A DNA stretch of 64,000 nt from Podarcis vaucheri (Eukaryota). The DNA is taken from the NCBI GenBank assembly GCA_965113315.1, contig OZ220363.1; one strand, 5' to 3'. Position 1 is the first letter of the stretch, and each line of letters opens with the position of its first letter. Position numbers and translations under genes: made by a program. The notes below the pieces were generated by a model. It ran no database searches. It was not told the DNA's origin and saw nothing but the letters and a program-made list of their open reading frames with translations. Below, piece by piece: positions 14,179 through 27,657 of the stretch.

Positions 14179-15327
14179 TGGCGTATCTTCTCATAATCTA
14201 TGCTTGTTCCTCCGACTCGTCTTGTTTTATCAGAGATCTCTTCTGTTAGCAGTCTTTACTCCCCCTCCTTCCTTGAAATATGTGCATTTTTAACTGTGTC
14301 ATTCCAGAGCCCTTATACATTCCACGCTCTTCTTAAAACATGCTTTGGTTCGAAAGTTTACCATATTTTTCGCCCTATAGGACGCACTTTTTCCCCTCCA
14401 AAAATGAAGGGGAAATCTGGGTGCGTCCTATGGGGCGAATGCAGGCTTTTGCTGAAGCTTGGAGAGCGAGAGGGGTCGGTGCGCACCGACCCTTCTCGCT
14501 CTCCAGGCTTCAGGAAGACATCCACAGCCTACGCAGCCCTGTGGGAGGTCCCACAGGGCTGTCTAGGCTGCAGATAGCAGCCTGCTTCCCAGAGCGTCGG
14601 GCGTCCTGAAAGCAGAGTGCCCGGCACTTTGGGAACACATCCGCAGCCTAGGCAGCCCTGCGGGGAGTCCCGCAGGGATGTCTAGGCTGCGGATAGCAGC
14701 CTGCCGCCCAGTGCGAGGGGCGCCCTGAAGCAGAGTGCCCCCCGTGCCCGGCAGACATCCGCAGCGTGGGGAGCCTTGAAGGAGTTCCCCGCAAGGCTCC
14801 CCACGCTGCAGACATCCGCAGCCTGTCACCCGGCGGGCGGGGTGCCCTGAAGCAGAGTGCCCCTCGCTCCGGGCAGACACGGGCCAGCCCCACAAGCTCA
14901 GGGGACAGCAGGGAGGTGCAGCGCCGCCATCCCGCTGTTCCTTGACCTGGTTCGGTTTCCCCAACCTGCTTTTGTGGGGGAAATAAAGGGGGAAAAAATT
15001 CATTGATTTCCCCCCAAAAAAACTAGGTGCGTCCTATGGGACGAAGCGTCCTATGGGACGAAAAATGCGGTATCTCCACACAGCCTTAAATCCACAGCTT
15101 AAGTCCTTAAAACGACATTTCTGACTTGTTGGGAGAGGGGATTCTTGTTTAATCACATGAGGAAAGAAAGGAAAGTTTTTTCCCCTTCCCCCATCAGTCA
15201 TTTGCCATACCGAGTCTTGGCGTATCTTCTCATAATCTATGCTTGTTCCTCCGACTCGTCTTGTTTTATCAGAGATCTCTTCTGTTAGCAGTCTTTACTC
15301 CCCCTCCTTCCTTGAAATATGTGCATT
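14179..15327. repeat. 110-bp direct repeat pair (14179-14288 and 15218-15327)
   Basis: tggcgtatcttctcataatc...ccttgaaatatgtgcatt occurs twice, identical by eye. Confidence 0.9.
14361..15070. mobile_element. Tc2/pogo-like MITE with GC-rich internal tandem repeats
   Basis: TA|ccatatttttcgccctataggacgc...gcgtcctatgggacgaaaaatgcgg|TA; internal repeated gacatccgcagcc / ctgaagcagagtgccc units. Confidence 0.85.
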
Positions 15328-17567
15328 CCTTCATCCAAATTGTTTCTTTTGAAGTTCTTGCACCTAGTGGCGCGGATCAGGGACGGCGTCCAGGAGTGCC
15401 GGAATCCCACAGGAGGGTTTTATGCCTAGTGCCCCCATCCCCACAAATTCGGGGGTGGTATAGGGCACAGCAGGCAAGGGCAGTCCCCTCCACCCTCCTG
15501 GGGGGGGGGTAGGGAGGCTAATTACTCCCATCATAGCCTCCAAATTACCTTGTGTGTGTCGGAGAGATGTTATTGTCAGCCACCTTCTGATGCGCCCCCC
15601 AGTGGCCCCCGAAATAATTGGAACTTTGAGAATAAATTTCTAGTGGTGGGATGATAGGTTACATGTGCCCATGCTGTTGGTGAAGCATTCACCACTAATT
15701 TATAAGTGGCAAAAAATTAATGTACATAAAAAAGGCACCAGAGCAGGCCTTCAGAGCTTGAGGCTACCATGCTAAACTGCAGAAGTAAAACTGCAAAAGG
15801 AAAAGCCTTGTTCCGCTGTCTACCTGCCAAATTGGAGAAGTAGGCACTGGGGGCTATCAAGCACTCAACAGGTCACAACACAAGGTTGGTGGGTTGGTGG
15901 GTTGGTGGGCTGCATTTGGCTTTATGAATCACTAGTTATGTAGGCATGCCTAAAATTCACCCATCTAAAAATACAGATTGAGAAATATTATTAGTTCCTG
16001 CCTTAACTTTAGCAAGCTTGTCACTATGCAAGATGTGTGTCTTCCGGTAAGGAAACTTCTTATGAGAAAGCACTATTGTGCAGAAGAACTAATATGATGA
16101 AATTCATTTTGTTATTTTCAAATGTCTCTCTAACATATACTGCCTTGGTTCTTGCTATGTATTGTTACAATCTGTCTAGTGCTCTTTTGCCACCCACAAT
16201 CTTCCTCCTACTTGCCTGATGCCCCTTATTCATTTTGTCATTTTAGAATTTGATCTGTTTCCTAAGGAGAGAGAGAGAGAGAGACAGAGAGAGAGATTGC
16301 TATGCAATGTTGTTTTAAAATAATTTCCATCCATGTCTCTGATTAAGGGAATTTTAGGCCTGGGGGTCAAATGCATCCTTAATGGATCTTGGGAACTCTC
16401 CTCAGGCCACACTCCCTCACTAGCCCTGCTTTGCATCCTTAGCTTTTTGGGGGTTTCTTTTGCCAGGCTGTCCTTGAGCTCTGATAACACTTCTCGCTTG
16501 CCCGGATGGAAGATAGATAGGGATGTGTCAGTGTGAAGAAACTAGTCTATTTCAAAGATGTTAAATTCACATTTGTTATTATGCCAACTTTTGCCTCTGA
16601 TCCCACCCACCAATGGTTTGTACACAAACACACATGCACAGAGATGAGAGAGAGAGAGAGAGAGAAGCAAATGAGGTCCTCAGCCTGAAAAATGTTCCTG
16701 CCCCTGGGATATAGTATAACAGATCAGGGAAACCATTGCAGAAGACAAAATCCTCTATTTCTGAAGTAGGAGAATGTGGCTCAGGAAATATCACATGATA
16801 CTGAATTATTATGATTTAACCACAAGAGACAGCTCTCTTAGCTGACAATAATGAACAGTTGCACTAGGTTTACATTTCAAAAGGAAGGAAGAAACAAGAA
16901 CCAGAAATAGGAAAATAGGACGGGTTTATTATTGTTGTTATTGTTATTGTTTCTCCTTGGGGAACCTGATGCTGTCTTTATGCTTCTCATGAACTCTTTT
17001 TCTATACACTCCAGACATTTACTCCAGGCTTTCTTATTTTCCTTGCTTGATTGCATACCGATAGCTGAATGCAGCACACACAGCTAACGCGTCTCGCCCA
17101 AGGCAGGGGTTCAATTACAGGGAATCAAAGACCTGTTTTCTGCGTGGACAGAGATGACCCAGCGCAGTGAAGAGCTGCAGCAGCTGTGAAATGAATCCTT
17201 GAAGTGGACAGATGGGCAGGAGCACAACCTCAGCCCTGAAATGATCATCTGAGAAAAGAATCATCTTCTAACCAAAAGGAGGGAGGGAAGGAAAAAGCTT
17301 TGGTAGGCAACACAATTGAACCCTTGCAAACTTGTCTGTTTTAAAGAGTAGGGAACAGAAGCAAGTTTACCAGCTGTTAGTGGCTTTAGTTCATTAACTA
17401 TTTGCCTCTTAACAGATTAATCTGATAGCTAATTAATGAGAATAAGTAAGAGTTGCCCAAACCTGACTCTAAGAATATATAACAAATAGAGCTGGATGAA
17501 TACCAAGCACAAGGAATCACCAATTATGGCTATGTAACTACATCTGTAGCAGGAGGAATGCTCTATA

Positions 17568-17780
17568 CAGGCAACTCCCAATTTACACAGGGGGTTATGT
17601 TCCAAGGCACTGTGCGTTTAAGTGAAATTGTGTATGTCTGAAACATCTTTGAAAAAGCCTGCAAACACCCCGTTCCATCCACTTCCCCGTCCTGCCCCTT
17701 TTGGTGATGTTTTTGGGTCACTTACGAGTTTGTCGCGATGTGAGCATGCACAGTTGTGAACATACTGGACACACCAAAAA
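17568..17780. mobile_element. Degenerate Tigger/mariner-like MITE
   Basis: TA|caggcaactcccaatttacacagggggttatgttccaagg start; right end poorly defined. Confidence 0.4.
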
Positions 17781-20687
17781 TGGTTGCTTTTTGGTCTCCT
17801 TTGTCCTTCCCAGTAAGCAACAGTGCCCCTTCTGCTGCAAAGCTAGCATTGCATTTCTGCCACACCAGGAAAGCCACTTTTGGGTGTGGCATATTCCATT
17901 TGATGTCCTTGGAAGTATGACATCATTTGGGAGAAATGCCTTCCTGTCATCTATTACCTAAATTCGGCAAAATGTCCGGGAATATCTGAATGTATGGCAG
18001 CCCAAGTCAGCAGTGTCGTTCTTGCTGATTTACCTTCAAAATAGCTCAGAAACATTTTTTTCATTTGGGTGATTTTGGCAAAAAAGGTCAACAAGTTTGA
18101 GCAAAACTAAAAAAAAAAAAAGACAACCCTGCTATTACCTCCTTAAATCTTTGGCACCACCTAGTCCCTAGACATAATTCTCTATATATGTCTAGCACAC
18201 TGAGGTGGTGGAGAAATTACATTGTTAATCAATTGACTGTGGCATGCATACTTTTTATTGAAATCTTTGGGATTTCTAAAGGCAAGGCTAGAATGAGGTT
18301 CCACTGCAAATTTTAGAGAGGGAAAACTGATCCTATTGAATAAATAATACTGCTATTGCCCCCAGAATGTCACATAAATCATTATTGCCTTTCTAAAATA
18401 CTAGTTTCCCTGTGCTTCTGCTGTTTGCAGAACAATCTCAAAATGAATCAAATGATCAAAGCCTTAAAGAAATCATATTTCCTAACAAGCTGACAGGCTA
18501 ACAAGCCAATTTTTATTGATTTTCTGTAATGAACACACGCTGAAGCAGACCATGTATAAAAGCAGCTAAGGAGATTTGCAATGATACAATCTAAGCAAAT
18601 CAACCTGCATCAAAGAGAAAGCATACCACGTGTAGGTTAAGAAGCAGCGAATAGGGAAGGAATCAGCCAGGTACCTATGGAGAAGGCACAGCTAAGTGGA
18701 GTCAAATGAAATCTGTGTCTGCCTCCAGATTAATGTCATTCAGGCAGCAGGACTGAAAGAAAACACCTCTAAATGGGTAATCCAGCACATAGTTAAGCAC
18801 ATTGAAGGTTGCCGTCTTTGCGCAGCAGGATTCAATCTCATGGAACTGTTGAATAAACATGTTTTAGGACTGTGCTCCATGTCACACTGAATAAAAGAGA
18901 TCTCGCAATCCTCAAATGTGTGCTGGATTTTCCCAGAAACTACTTGTCATGCACTTGTTATCTGTTCTTCCAAGGCTGAAGTCCTATGCACACTTATTAC
19001 GGAGAAAGCCTAGCGAGGGGTAGAACTGCCTTAATTTGCTCATGTCTATTTCACACACAGCCCTCTGAAAACCTGTTAATTCCCCATTTGCAACTTAATG
19101 TGTGATTTAAACAAACACATACAGAATTTCATTTTAAAAACTGCTTACAATTCCATACAGTGGTCCGAGGGCTGCTTTTTATTTTGTATTTATCATTCGG
19201 TTTGTGGTTTCCATGCTTACAGCAGCTAGAAAGCAGGTTGAAAATTGTTCCTAAAATGGTCTAGGAAGTAACGATACATCCTTGCATGCTTTGACTTAGT
19301 AGATGGCCACAGCCATCTTTTCCCCCATAGGCATTATTTAGTAAATTTGTATCCAACTTTTGTATCCAAAGGCTCCCAGGAGCAGCAAACACAAACATGA
19401 TAAAATGCAATTAAAAAGCCGCACAAACTTATTTAAAATGTTCAGAGACAATTAAAAGCATCTTAAAAATCACATACTCCTGACAGCTGAAAATGTCAAG
19501 GGACAGCACATATCTGTCATTTTATGCCTAGGTAAACATTAATATTTTACCATCACCCAGAAGGCTCTATCATGGGTCAACTCCAAATGGACATTACACA
19601 GCAGCAGTGCCACCAACTGTCACAAGACCCAAGATGTTTAATATTGAAAAAAAGTAGTTTCTTAGGTTGGTGTGTCTAGAGCTATTTAGAGCTTTACACA
19701 CAAGGACTAAGATACTGAGTTGGGTCAGGTCACTTCTGGCAGCCAGTGCAATACTTCCATACTTATCAATTAGAATGACATGCAGTTGCTTCTTGGACCA
19801 CTGAACTGCACTAAAGTCACTGTGCTTTTTGGTTGCGCCTAGCAGCTGGGAAATTGTAAAGTTAACAGAAATAATAAAGAGCAGATCACATCATTCATAT
19901 TCTGAAGTGTATAAATTCTGGAGCATGCCAACCCACACATTGCTTCAGGAAGTATGGATGCGGCAGCTTAGTTCCAGATTGCATAGCATACCACCCTCAA
20001 ATCCCGCCCCCATCCCTAAGTGAATAGGGATACTTATTTCAGAGTATTACATTAACATACTGCTCATCTTACTGATTTCCATGGGACGCCAACTACACAA
20101 TCAGGGAAAGAACTTCAGCCAAGGAATTTGATTTGAACATGGCACATAGATTGATGAGAACTTCTTGAAGATATCAGAAATAACTGATGACCAGAACATT
20201 GCAGGTAATTTGCAAATGTTAGTTCTAGGTAGTTAACATGCATGCTATGTTCATGGGCATAAACAGATGTCAAAATGCAGTAGGCTAACACAGCATACCC
20301 AAAAGCTCAATTAATGGCAGCTGTAGTATTATCTTATAGCATCCGCAGAGTGCAGATCATGTAGGGAGCCAATAGATGTATAACTTGTAAAGAACCAGCT
20401 CTGTGCTGAAGCTCAGGGGGCTGGGTCAGCTAGCATGTTACCTGCCACAGTGCTTACGTTATAGATATGCCATCTGTACAGCAAGAGTGCTTCAAAACTC
20501 AGAACCATATTTTAACAAATTATTTAAACAACAACAACATAATATGTATGTCAATAGATTACTCTCCTTCTCCCAACTCTTTTTGATCAACCTGTCCTTA
20601 GAATTGGCAGATTTAAGGAAAGGATGAAGAAGATGATGATAACAAAAACCGCCATGCTGAAAAATATGCCAAAATGTTTGAACATAC

Positions 20688-20891
20688 CCAGGTTGATGTG
20701 CAAAGAGAGCTTCCCTTTCTGCAGCTCTAGTGTAATATAATCTCCACGCTGCCCTTCTCCATGAAATAGGACCCCATCTCCCTGCATGCTCTTGAACTTC
20801 AGGGAAACAACATCTTTGAAGGTGCTCATCAGTTTTTGGTTGAACCTGTAAAGGAGGGAGCTCCTCCCATCAAAGTCGGCAATATCCGATT
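20688..20891 (-). CDS. CNTNAP5: CNTNAP5 coding exon (human exon 5 equivalent), start of laminin-G domain 1
   Basis: cccctgtag|AATCGGAT...AACCTGG|gtatgt; 204 bp, phase 1 to 1; (K)[67 protein letters not shown](G). The RFNQKLMST motif points to CNTNAP5 rather than CNTNAP2/3/4. Confidence 0.96.
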
Positions 20892-21134
20892 CTACAGGGG
20901 AAAGAAAGCAAATAAACATTAAGCAGGAAGGATCAATATTTATGTACAGGTGTCCAGAGCAAAGCCCTCCCCTGGCAGCTTACAAAAGGTAATTAAAAAC
21001 TTTAAATCAATGTTTGAAATGCAAATGAAATGAGCCAGTCGCAAAAAAAAAGACTCACAGCATTTATAGTAGCAAAACGTAATTTGAAACAAAGTCATTT
21101 AAAAGAATTAGGCCATGTGTACTTATTTTGGGAG

Positions 21135-21451
21135 GGCCACGGGTTAAACCCACAGAAGGTTGGCGGTTCGAATCCCCACGACAGTGTGAGCTCCCATTGC
21201 TCGGTCCCTGCTCCTGCCAACCTAGCAGTTTGAAAGCACGTCAAAGTGCAAGTAGATAAATAGGTACCGCTCCGGCTGGAAGGTAAATAGCGTTTCCGTG
21301 CGCTGCTCTTGTTCACCAGAAGCGGCTTAGTCATGCTGGCCACATGACCTGGAAGCTGTACGCCGGCTCCCTTGGCCAGTAAAACAAGATGAGCACTGCA
21401 ACCCCAGAGTCGTCCACGGCTGGACCTAACGGTCAGGGGTCCCTTTACCTT
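21135..21451 (+). mobile_element. Sauria SINE (second subfamily, 5'-shortened)
   Basis: Diagnostic core plus ggtcaggggtccctttaccttt tail; TSD tacttattttgggag at 21120-21134 and 21452-21466. Confidence 0.9.
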
Positions 21452-21611
21452 TACTTATTTTGGGAGAGAGTTCCAAAGCTGAGGCCACTTCTGAAAAGTC
21501 TCTCTAGCACCTGTCTCTCTAATGCATTTTGATGGTGGACTGATGAGGAGAAGCTCAGAGGTACGTTTCCATGGGTGTAGGTGGTTTGTCAAACACCCTG
21601 TTCAAGCCGTT

Positions 21612-22125
21612 TGCAGAGAGATGTTAAAAATCCTTGTCAGAACCCCTGCTAGTTGATCGGCACAGTTGTTTACCACAATCCCCACACCCCATCTGGACCA
21701 GGGGCTATACTGGGATTCACCGCCCTCAACACAGCTTTCACTTCATGGTCATATAAGAATGAATGGCTGAGAGTTTATAGGCTGGAGGGCAGGAGCTACT
21801 ATACCTGATCTTTTAACCTCATAGCGGGAGAAGAAAATATTCAGCTCCTCTGCCGACGAGTCATCAGCCTTAACCGTGTTCCTCGTATTGCCCTTATAGT
21901 TGGTTAGGTGCTGCAGTCCCTGCCACACTTGTTTTATGTTGTTATCGGCTAAGCAATTCTCCACTTGAAGCTTGTGTTGTTGTTTTGCCACCTTAATGCC
22001 TTTCCTGAGCTTTGTTCTTGCCCCTCTGTATATATCTATGTTCCCTGCCTTAAAGGCAGAGTCGCGGGCTTTCAAGAGTGACCTTACTTCAGCAGTCATC
22101 CAGGGTTTACAGTTCCCATACAAAA
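21612..22125 (-). mobile_element. Rex1/Babar non-LTR retrotransposon ORF2 fragment (EN-RT linker plus RT N-terminus)
   Basis: KPWMTAEVRSLLKARDSAFKAGN...VWQGLQHLTNYK...AEELNIFFSRYE, then after frameshifts EVKAVLRAVNPSIAPGPDGV and CADQLAGVLTRIFNISL, all characteristic Rex1 motifs. Confidence 0.85.
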
Positions 22126-22432
22126 CAGGTCTCAAAAGAAACTCAACAGAATAAAATACAAAAAAATATACAAAAAAAAAACAATGTTAAGCCATGTAGA
22201 ATAACAGAATTCCAAAAATGTTTCCCCAACAGCAAAAATAATGACGAGTTCTACTGCACCCCATAATGAGATGAGCACCACAGTATAGGCTAACGTAACT
22301 ACCAAACGCCTGAATAAGTAAAAAATATATTTTAGCCTGGTGTCTAATTGCAACAATGATGGCACCAGACATGTTTTCCTTGGGTCAGTAATCCACTAAA
22401 CTATTGTATGATGTTCATATGTCTCTTCAAGT

Positions 22433-22655
22433 TGAAGCCAATGGCTTCAAGTTACAACAAAGGAGTTTCCAGCTAAACATCAGGAATAACTTTCTGACAG
22501 TAAGAGCTGATCAACAGTGGACCGACTCCCCTTTCTTGGAGATTTTTAAGCAGAGGTTGGATGACCATCTGTCATGGATGCTTTAGCTGAGATTCCCGCA
22601 ATGCAGGATGTTGGACTACATGACACCAGGGTCCCTTCCAACTCAATGATTCTAT
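22433..22655 (+). mobile_element. CR1 LINE 3' end
   Basis: aatggcttcaagttacaac...aacatcaggaataactttctgacagtaagagc...ggtcccttccaactcaatgattct; a further CR1 piece at ~22835-23100. Confidence 0.8.
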
Positions 22656-23124
22656 TATTGTTCTAGGCATCCCTTTCAAAAAAGGTCATTACCTGAGCCA
22701 CATATATAAAATGAATCTTAATCTGAGCCATATATCATTAGGTTAACATTTGAGAACATTTCCTTTACACAAAGTGAGCTGTTAGGGATGCTGGGACATC
22801 TCCTAGCATAGCCTAATTAGAGTGTGAATCATGTTGGAAGATTCCAGTTAGACAAAAGGAAATACTACTTCACGTACTGCATACTTAACCTACAGAATCT
22901 GCTACCACAAAGCATAGTGATGACCAATAAAATATAATTGGGAAAAGCCCTTAGTGATGACCACTGACTTGGATGGCTTTAAAAGGGGATTGGACAAGGT
23001 AATAGAAGACAATGATATCAATGACTATGATGTCATACAATATTGTAGGAAGTATAAGAGAGAGAGAAAAGGATGCTGAACTAGATAAGTGTATGGTCTG
23101 AGCCCAGCTCTTGTATCTTCATTA

Positions 23125-23341
23125 CTGTCGTACCTTGGTTCTCGAACGCCTTGGCACTAAGATGTTTTGGCTTTTGAAAGCCGAAAACCCAGAAGTAAGT
23201 GTTCTGGTTTTTGAACACAGCTTCTGATTGAGTGCAGGAAGTTTCTGCAGCCAATCGGAAGCAGCACCTTGGCTTTCAAATGGTTTTGAGTGTTGAACGG
23301 ACTCTGGAAATGGATTAAGTTCAAGAACCAAGGTTCCACTG
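23125..23341. mobile_element. Mariner-like MITE (degenerate)
   Basis: TA|ctgtcgtaccttggttctcgaac...gttcaagaaccaaggttccactg|TA. Confidence 0.75.
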
Positions 23342-24728
23342 TAGTTCTTAAGTAAGAAATCCCTAAATTAAAATCTTGCCTGTCCACCAACTTAATACAT
23401 AGCCTTAGGCAACATGCTACCTCTCACTCCCAGTCCCAATCTTTAGTATGTGGACTTCTCCTGCCTTTCTCATGTATAGATCACGAGCTCATGTTTGGCA
23501 AAGGTCTTTGAATACTCTACAATGCTAAAAATCATTATCATTATGGATGAATTGTTAATGCACAGTGGCTCACTGCACAAATTGGCCAGGCCATGTCTCC
23601 ACCAACTTTTTCTTCTGATGTTTGCAGTGGCATGTGCAAAACTGTGTGAACTTCTGCACAAAAGCATTTCTTTGCAATGAAAGCTACAGCCACATCAAGT
23701 CACATAATGCCCCAGCCTTCTCCCTTTAGCAGCTATATTTGACATCAACTTCTCAGAATTTGTAAAGATACAAAACCTTGATCCTATTAACTGATTTGGT
23801 TGAACTGAGGCACAGCAGCCATCTAGAATAAAATAATTTCAATACTACACGGTCAAGCCTACAAATCTTTAGGGATTCCATAGTCTTTGGAAATATTTGT
23901 GCATTCAAGTTCAGTGTCAAATCAGTATATTCTGCTGCCTGAAGCAGAGACCAAATGGTGACCATCCCTCAACCTATGTAAAGATGACCATCTCTTTAAA
24001 AAGTCATCCTACACCATTCAGATACAAATTCTGGCCTTTTTTTATTTCCCACTCATGGTGGCACCTGAATCAGGATGCATCCTCCCCTTGCATGGCAGAT
24101 CTCACCCAGCCTATGACTGTGTAAATACTGTACCTTTAAAACACACTTGAAGCATATTATTTCCCTCAATGAGTTCTGGATCAGTAGTTACGGTTCCCAG
24201 CAACGCTTAAACCATGGTGTCCCAGATTCTTTGAGGGAATGAGGGCTGTGAATGTGCTTTAAAGGTGCTCACAATCTAAATTCTTACTGCTTTGAAACAA
24301 TACATCCACATCTTTTTTTTCCAGACTGCCTTCTTGCTCTTTTAAGATGCAATTATGATATTAACCAGTACAATCTTTGTGCTTTTTGCATCACATTCAA
24401 TCTTCTGGTGCCTATTCCCTATTTGTTTTTCTTAACGCTCTGCTTACCTACCCCCTCACTCCAGCAAAAAGATAAAATAAAATCCATCGGTTGGTGACTG
24501 GTTATTTCCAAATGAGAGGGGAAATGAAAATAATCCCCCTGATACTTGCAAGGAATGAGTTGTGGTTTTCCTGCACACCATACCAGTCTGACTTACTGCG
24601 GGAGAAAATCAATTCACATTTAAAAGTGAGCTTACCTAAACTGCACCATGTGTACCAAAACACAACCACCCATTGAAATTTGCACTTCTGCAAATTTCCA
24701 GCCAAATAATGTCTGCATATAACTAGGG

Positions 24729-24977
24729 CAGGGGTCAGCAAACTTTCAGCAAAGGACCAGTCCACTGTCCCTCAGACCTTGTGGGGGGTTGGACTATATT
24801 TTGTGGGGGGAAATTGAACAAATTCCTATGCCCCACAAATAACCCAGGGATGCATTTTAAATAAAAGGGCACATTCTACTCATGTAAAAAGACGCTGATT
24901 CCCGGACTGTCCGTGGGCCGGATTTAGAAGGCGATTGGGCCAGATCTGGCCCCCGGGCCTTAGCTTGCCTACCCATG
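24729..24977. mobile_element. Non-autonomous hAT element
   Basis: caggggtcagcaaact...agcttgcctacccatg termini, gggccgga-type subterminal repeats; TSD not recovered. Confidence 0.75.
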
Positions 24978-25175
24978 CTGGCTAAACAAGGCTTCCTTCA
25001 GCTGTCTTCTAAAAGTCAGATAGTTGTTTATTTCCTTGACATCTGATGGGAGGGTGTTCCATAGGGTGGGCACCACTACCGAGAAGGCCCTGTGTCTGGT
25101 TCCCTGTAGCTTCACTTCTCGCAGTGAGGGAAGGCCATCGGAGCTGGACCTCAGTGTCCAGGCTGCACAATGGGG
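24978..25175 (-). mobile_element. L2 LINE fragment
   Basis: cagctgtcttctaaaagtcag...gggagggtgttccatagggtgggcaccactaccgagaaggccct, reverse of the L2 ORF2 C-terminal region; a similar fragment at ~44600-44780. Confidence 0.7.
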
Positions 25176-27293
25176 GTCCTAGTGTTGTTGTTATCATTGT
25201 TGTTTGTCCCAGTACTTTCTCTGGGAAAACCCATTTTTTTACAGCTGAATCAGAGCAAATGACAATCCACAGAAAATCCAATTGCTGTTTGCTCTGATTC
25301 AGTGGTAAAATATGGAGTTTCCCAGGTAAAGTGCCAGGACAAAACAAAGAAAACCAAAACATTCAGACACTCAGCTTTAAATCCTGGACCTGTGCCTAGA
25401 AACGTGACACAAAAGGCAGTCTGGATGAGCCCTGAGAGAAACCAAAACTGGCCGATTTGCCCATCCCTACTAAGGGGTAGTGGGAAATTAAATGCAGAAA
25501 TGCAATGTCTGCCCAATGACAAGACAGAGAAGAGCTTCCTATAAACCAAAGTTGGAGTGGGGTTAACTCTACTACAAGTTTTAATGGTTTCTTGTTACTT
25601 GGCAACGGCATATTGTGTATGTTCTCATCCTTCTGTATACATGGATTCAGTAGAGCAGCATTGTCATGTGGTGGGGGAGTACATTATGTCAGACTTCTGC
25701 TCCACTGTTGACATGAAATCTGTGGGGGAATGAAGAACCCTAAGCAAAACAAACAGATGACACCTACAAAGCTAGCACTCGTGACATTCAGAAGTCATCA
25801 GTGACAGTTTGCATGACAACAAATCACTGGCTTCTGCTTAAACATAATAAGAACTTCTTACATGTCAAAAACCATACACTTCATGCAGTTTGGAGATGAA
25901 GCAAAGCTTAAAAAGATGACTTTCTGAAAAGAAAAAAATGGCATCAACTCCCACTAAGGGAGTCGAAATCAGAAATTTATTGTGACAAAGCAGGGAGGGC
26001 CACTGGAACATTTAGGCAAAGTGTACAGAAGTAGAAACAAGTGTGACCTGCAAGATATGTGTGTGTGTGTCAGAATATACTCACCTCCTAGCAGGAGTGT
26101 TCCTGTTCAGGTTGACAGCCAGCCAACTGTGTCTTCCTCACAGATATTATAAGCACATTCTAGTCCCCCTTCCCTAATTTGTATTTTCCAACTGGAGCTC
26201 AACATTTTGTGGCCACTGAGGATGCTCAGACCTTGCTGGGGATTTTTGGGTGTGGAGTGGGGAGTTCCCCTCAGGCTTTTCAGACCTAGGATTATCAGCC
26301 AACATGGTGGGATGATCACAGGTCTCAGGAGTTCTACTGCAACTAAGGCATGAGTTTGATACTAATGATGGTCTGTGATATTTTGTCAATCCCCCCACAA
26401 AGTAGCTGTACCTCATGAACACTCCAGGTCACACTCCAGGATCCCTGCAATGTCACAGAGGATACTCAGATTTCTGGCATCCCTAAAGGTATTGCCATAG
26501 GTTTCTTGTTCAGCCAGGCTGATCCCAATAGTTACTTTATCCATTTTCTCTTACTCTGCTATGAAGACTTCAGCTATCACTCCTTTCAGTTCATAAGCAT
26601 TTCTCTCCAGTACATTAATTTTATCTTATGGCATGAAAGACACAATCAGTGCAGGAAAAGAAGAGGTAGGATAAGGGAGGTTTGCACAATCATTTTCTCC
26701 AAAAGCATAATATGAAAGCACAAGGTGAAGTCAGGCTTCCTAACTTCTGAAAGCAAAGAGTTTCCTGCAGTCATTGAATTGTAATGCTCTTCCCCTCCCC
26801 TTCTCCTTCTCCTTCTCTTTCTCTCTCTCCCTTACATACACTTCTTCCTAGTCAGTTAGCAGAATTTATGCTGGATTGTGCTGATGCTTTTAGACTACTA
26901 TGTAAGTTGTAGAATACAATCAGCATTTGAAGTGTGGCCATCAATCTCTTCCCATTAAAAAAAAAATGCTGCCATTGGTCAGCAGAATTTGCCAGTGATA
27001 AAGCTAACAAGACCTTTCTGAAATGTAATGATAACCTGTTTTCCCTCCAGGCATCCCAAACAATCAGCTTGCCATTTGTCTCCACTTGTCCTCTGATATA
27101 ACTCTGGTTGTTTGTCTTGTCATCATGATCAGATTGCTGTTTGGGATTAGGGAGTAAATGGTTTCTGCATTTGTTCTGTATATAGTCTTGTTGGCCAGGT
27201 TTTCTTTTCTTTTCTTTTTACTCTAACACAGAAAACAAAACGATATGTTACCCTGGAAAATCTATAGCCTTGTTCAGGCAATTCAAGATTGTA

Positions 27294-27657
27294 AAGGTAA
27301 AGGTAAAGGTACCCCTGCCCGAACGGGCCAGTCTTGACAGATTCTGGGGTTTGTGCGCCCATCTCACACAAGAGGCCGGGGGCCAGCGCTGTCCGGAGAC
27401 ACTTCCGGGTCACGTGGCCAGCGTGACAAGCTGCATCTGGCGAGCCAGCGCAGCACACGGAACGCCGTTTACCTTCCCGCTGGTAAGCGGTACCTATTTA
27501 TCTACTTGCACCCGGGGGTGCTTTCGAACTGCTAGGTTGGCAGGCGCTGGGACCGAGCAGCGGGAGCGCACCCCGCTGCGGGGATTCGAACCGCCGACCT
27601 TTCGATCGGCAAGCCCTAGGCGCTGAGGCTTTTACCCACAGCGCCACCCGCGTCCCT
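27294..27657 (-). mobile_element. Sauria SINE, full length, young
   Basis: Intact CpGs, (ACCTTT)n tail; TSD aattcaagattgta at 27280-27293 and 27658-27671. Confidence 0.93.

Noticed and set aside
14510-14880. CRISPR-like repeat-spacer array
   Set aside because: Eukaryotic DNA; the units are diverged tandem repeats inside a MITE, with no unique spacers or cas genes
14179-15327. TRIM (miniature LTR retrotransposon)
   Set aside because: TG...CA-like ends are present but no PBS, PPT or TSD; kept only as an unexplained duplication
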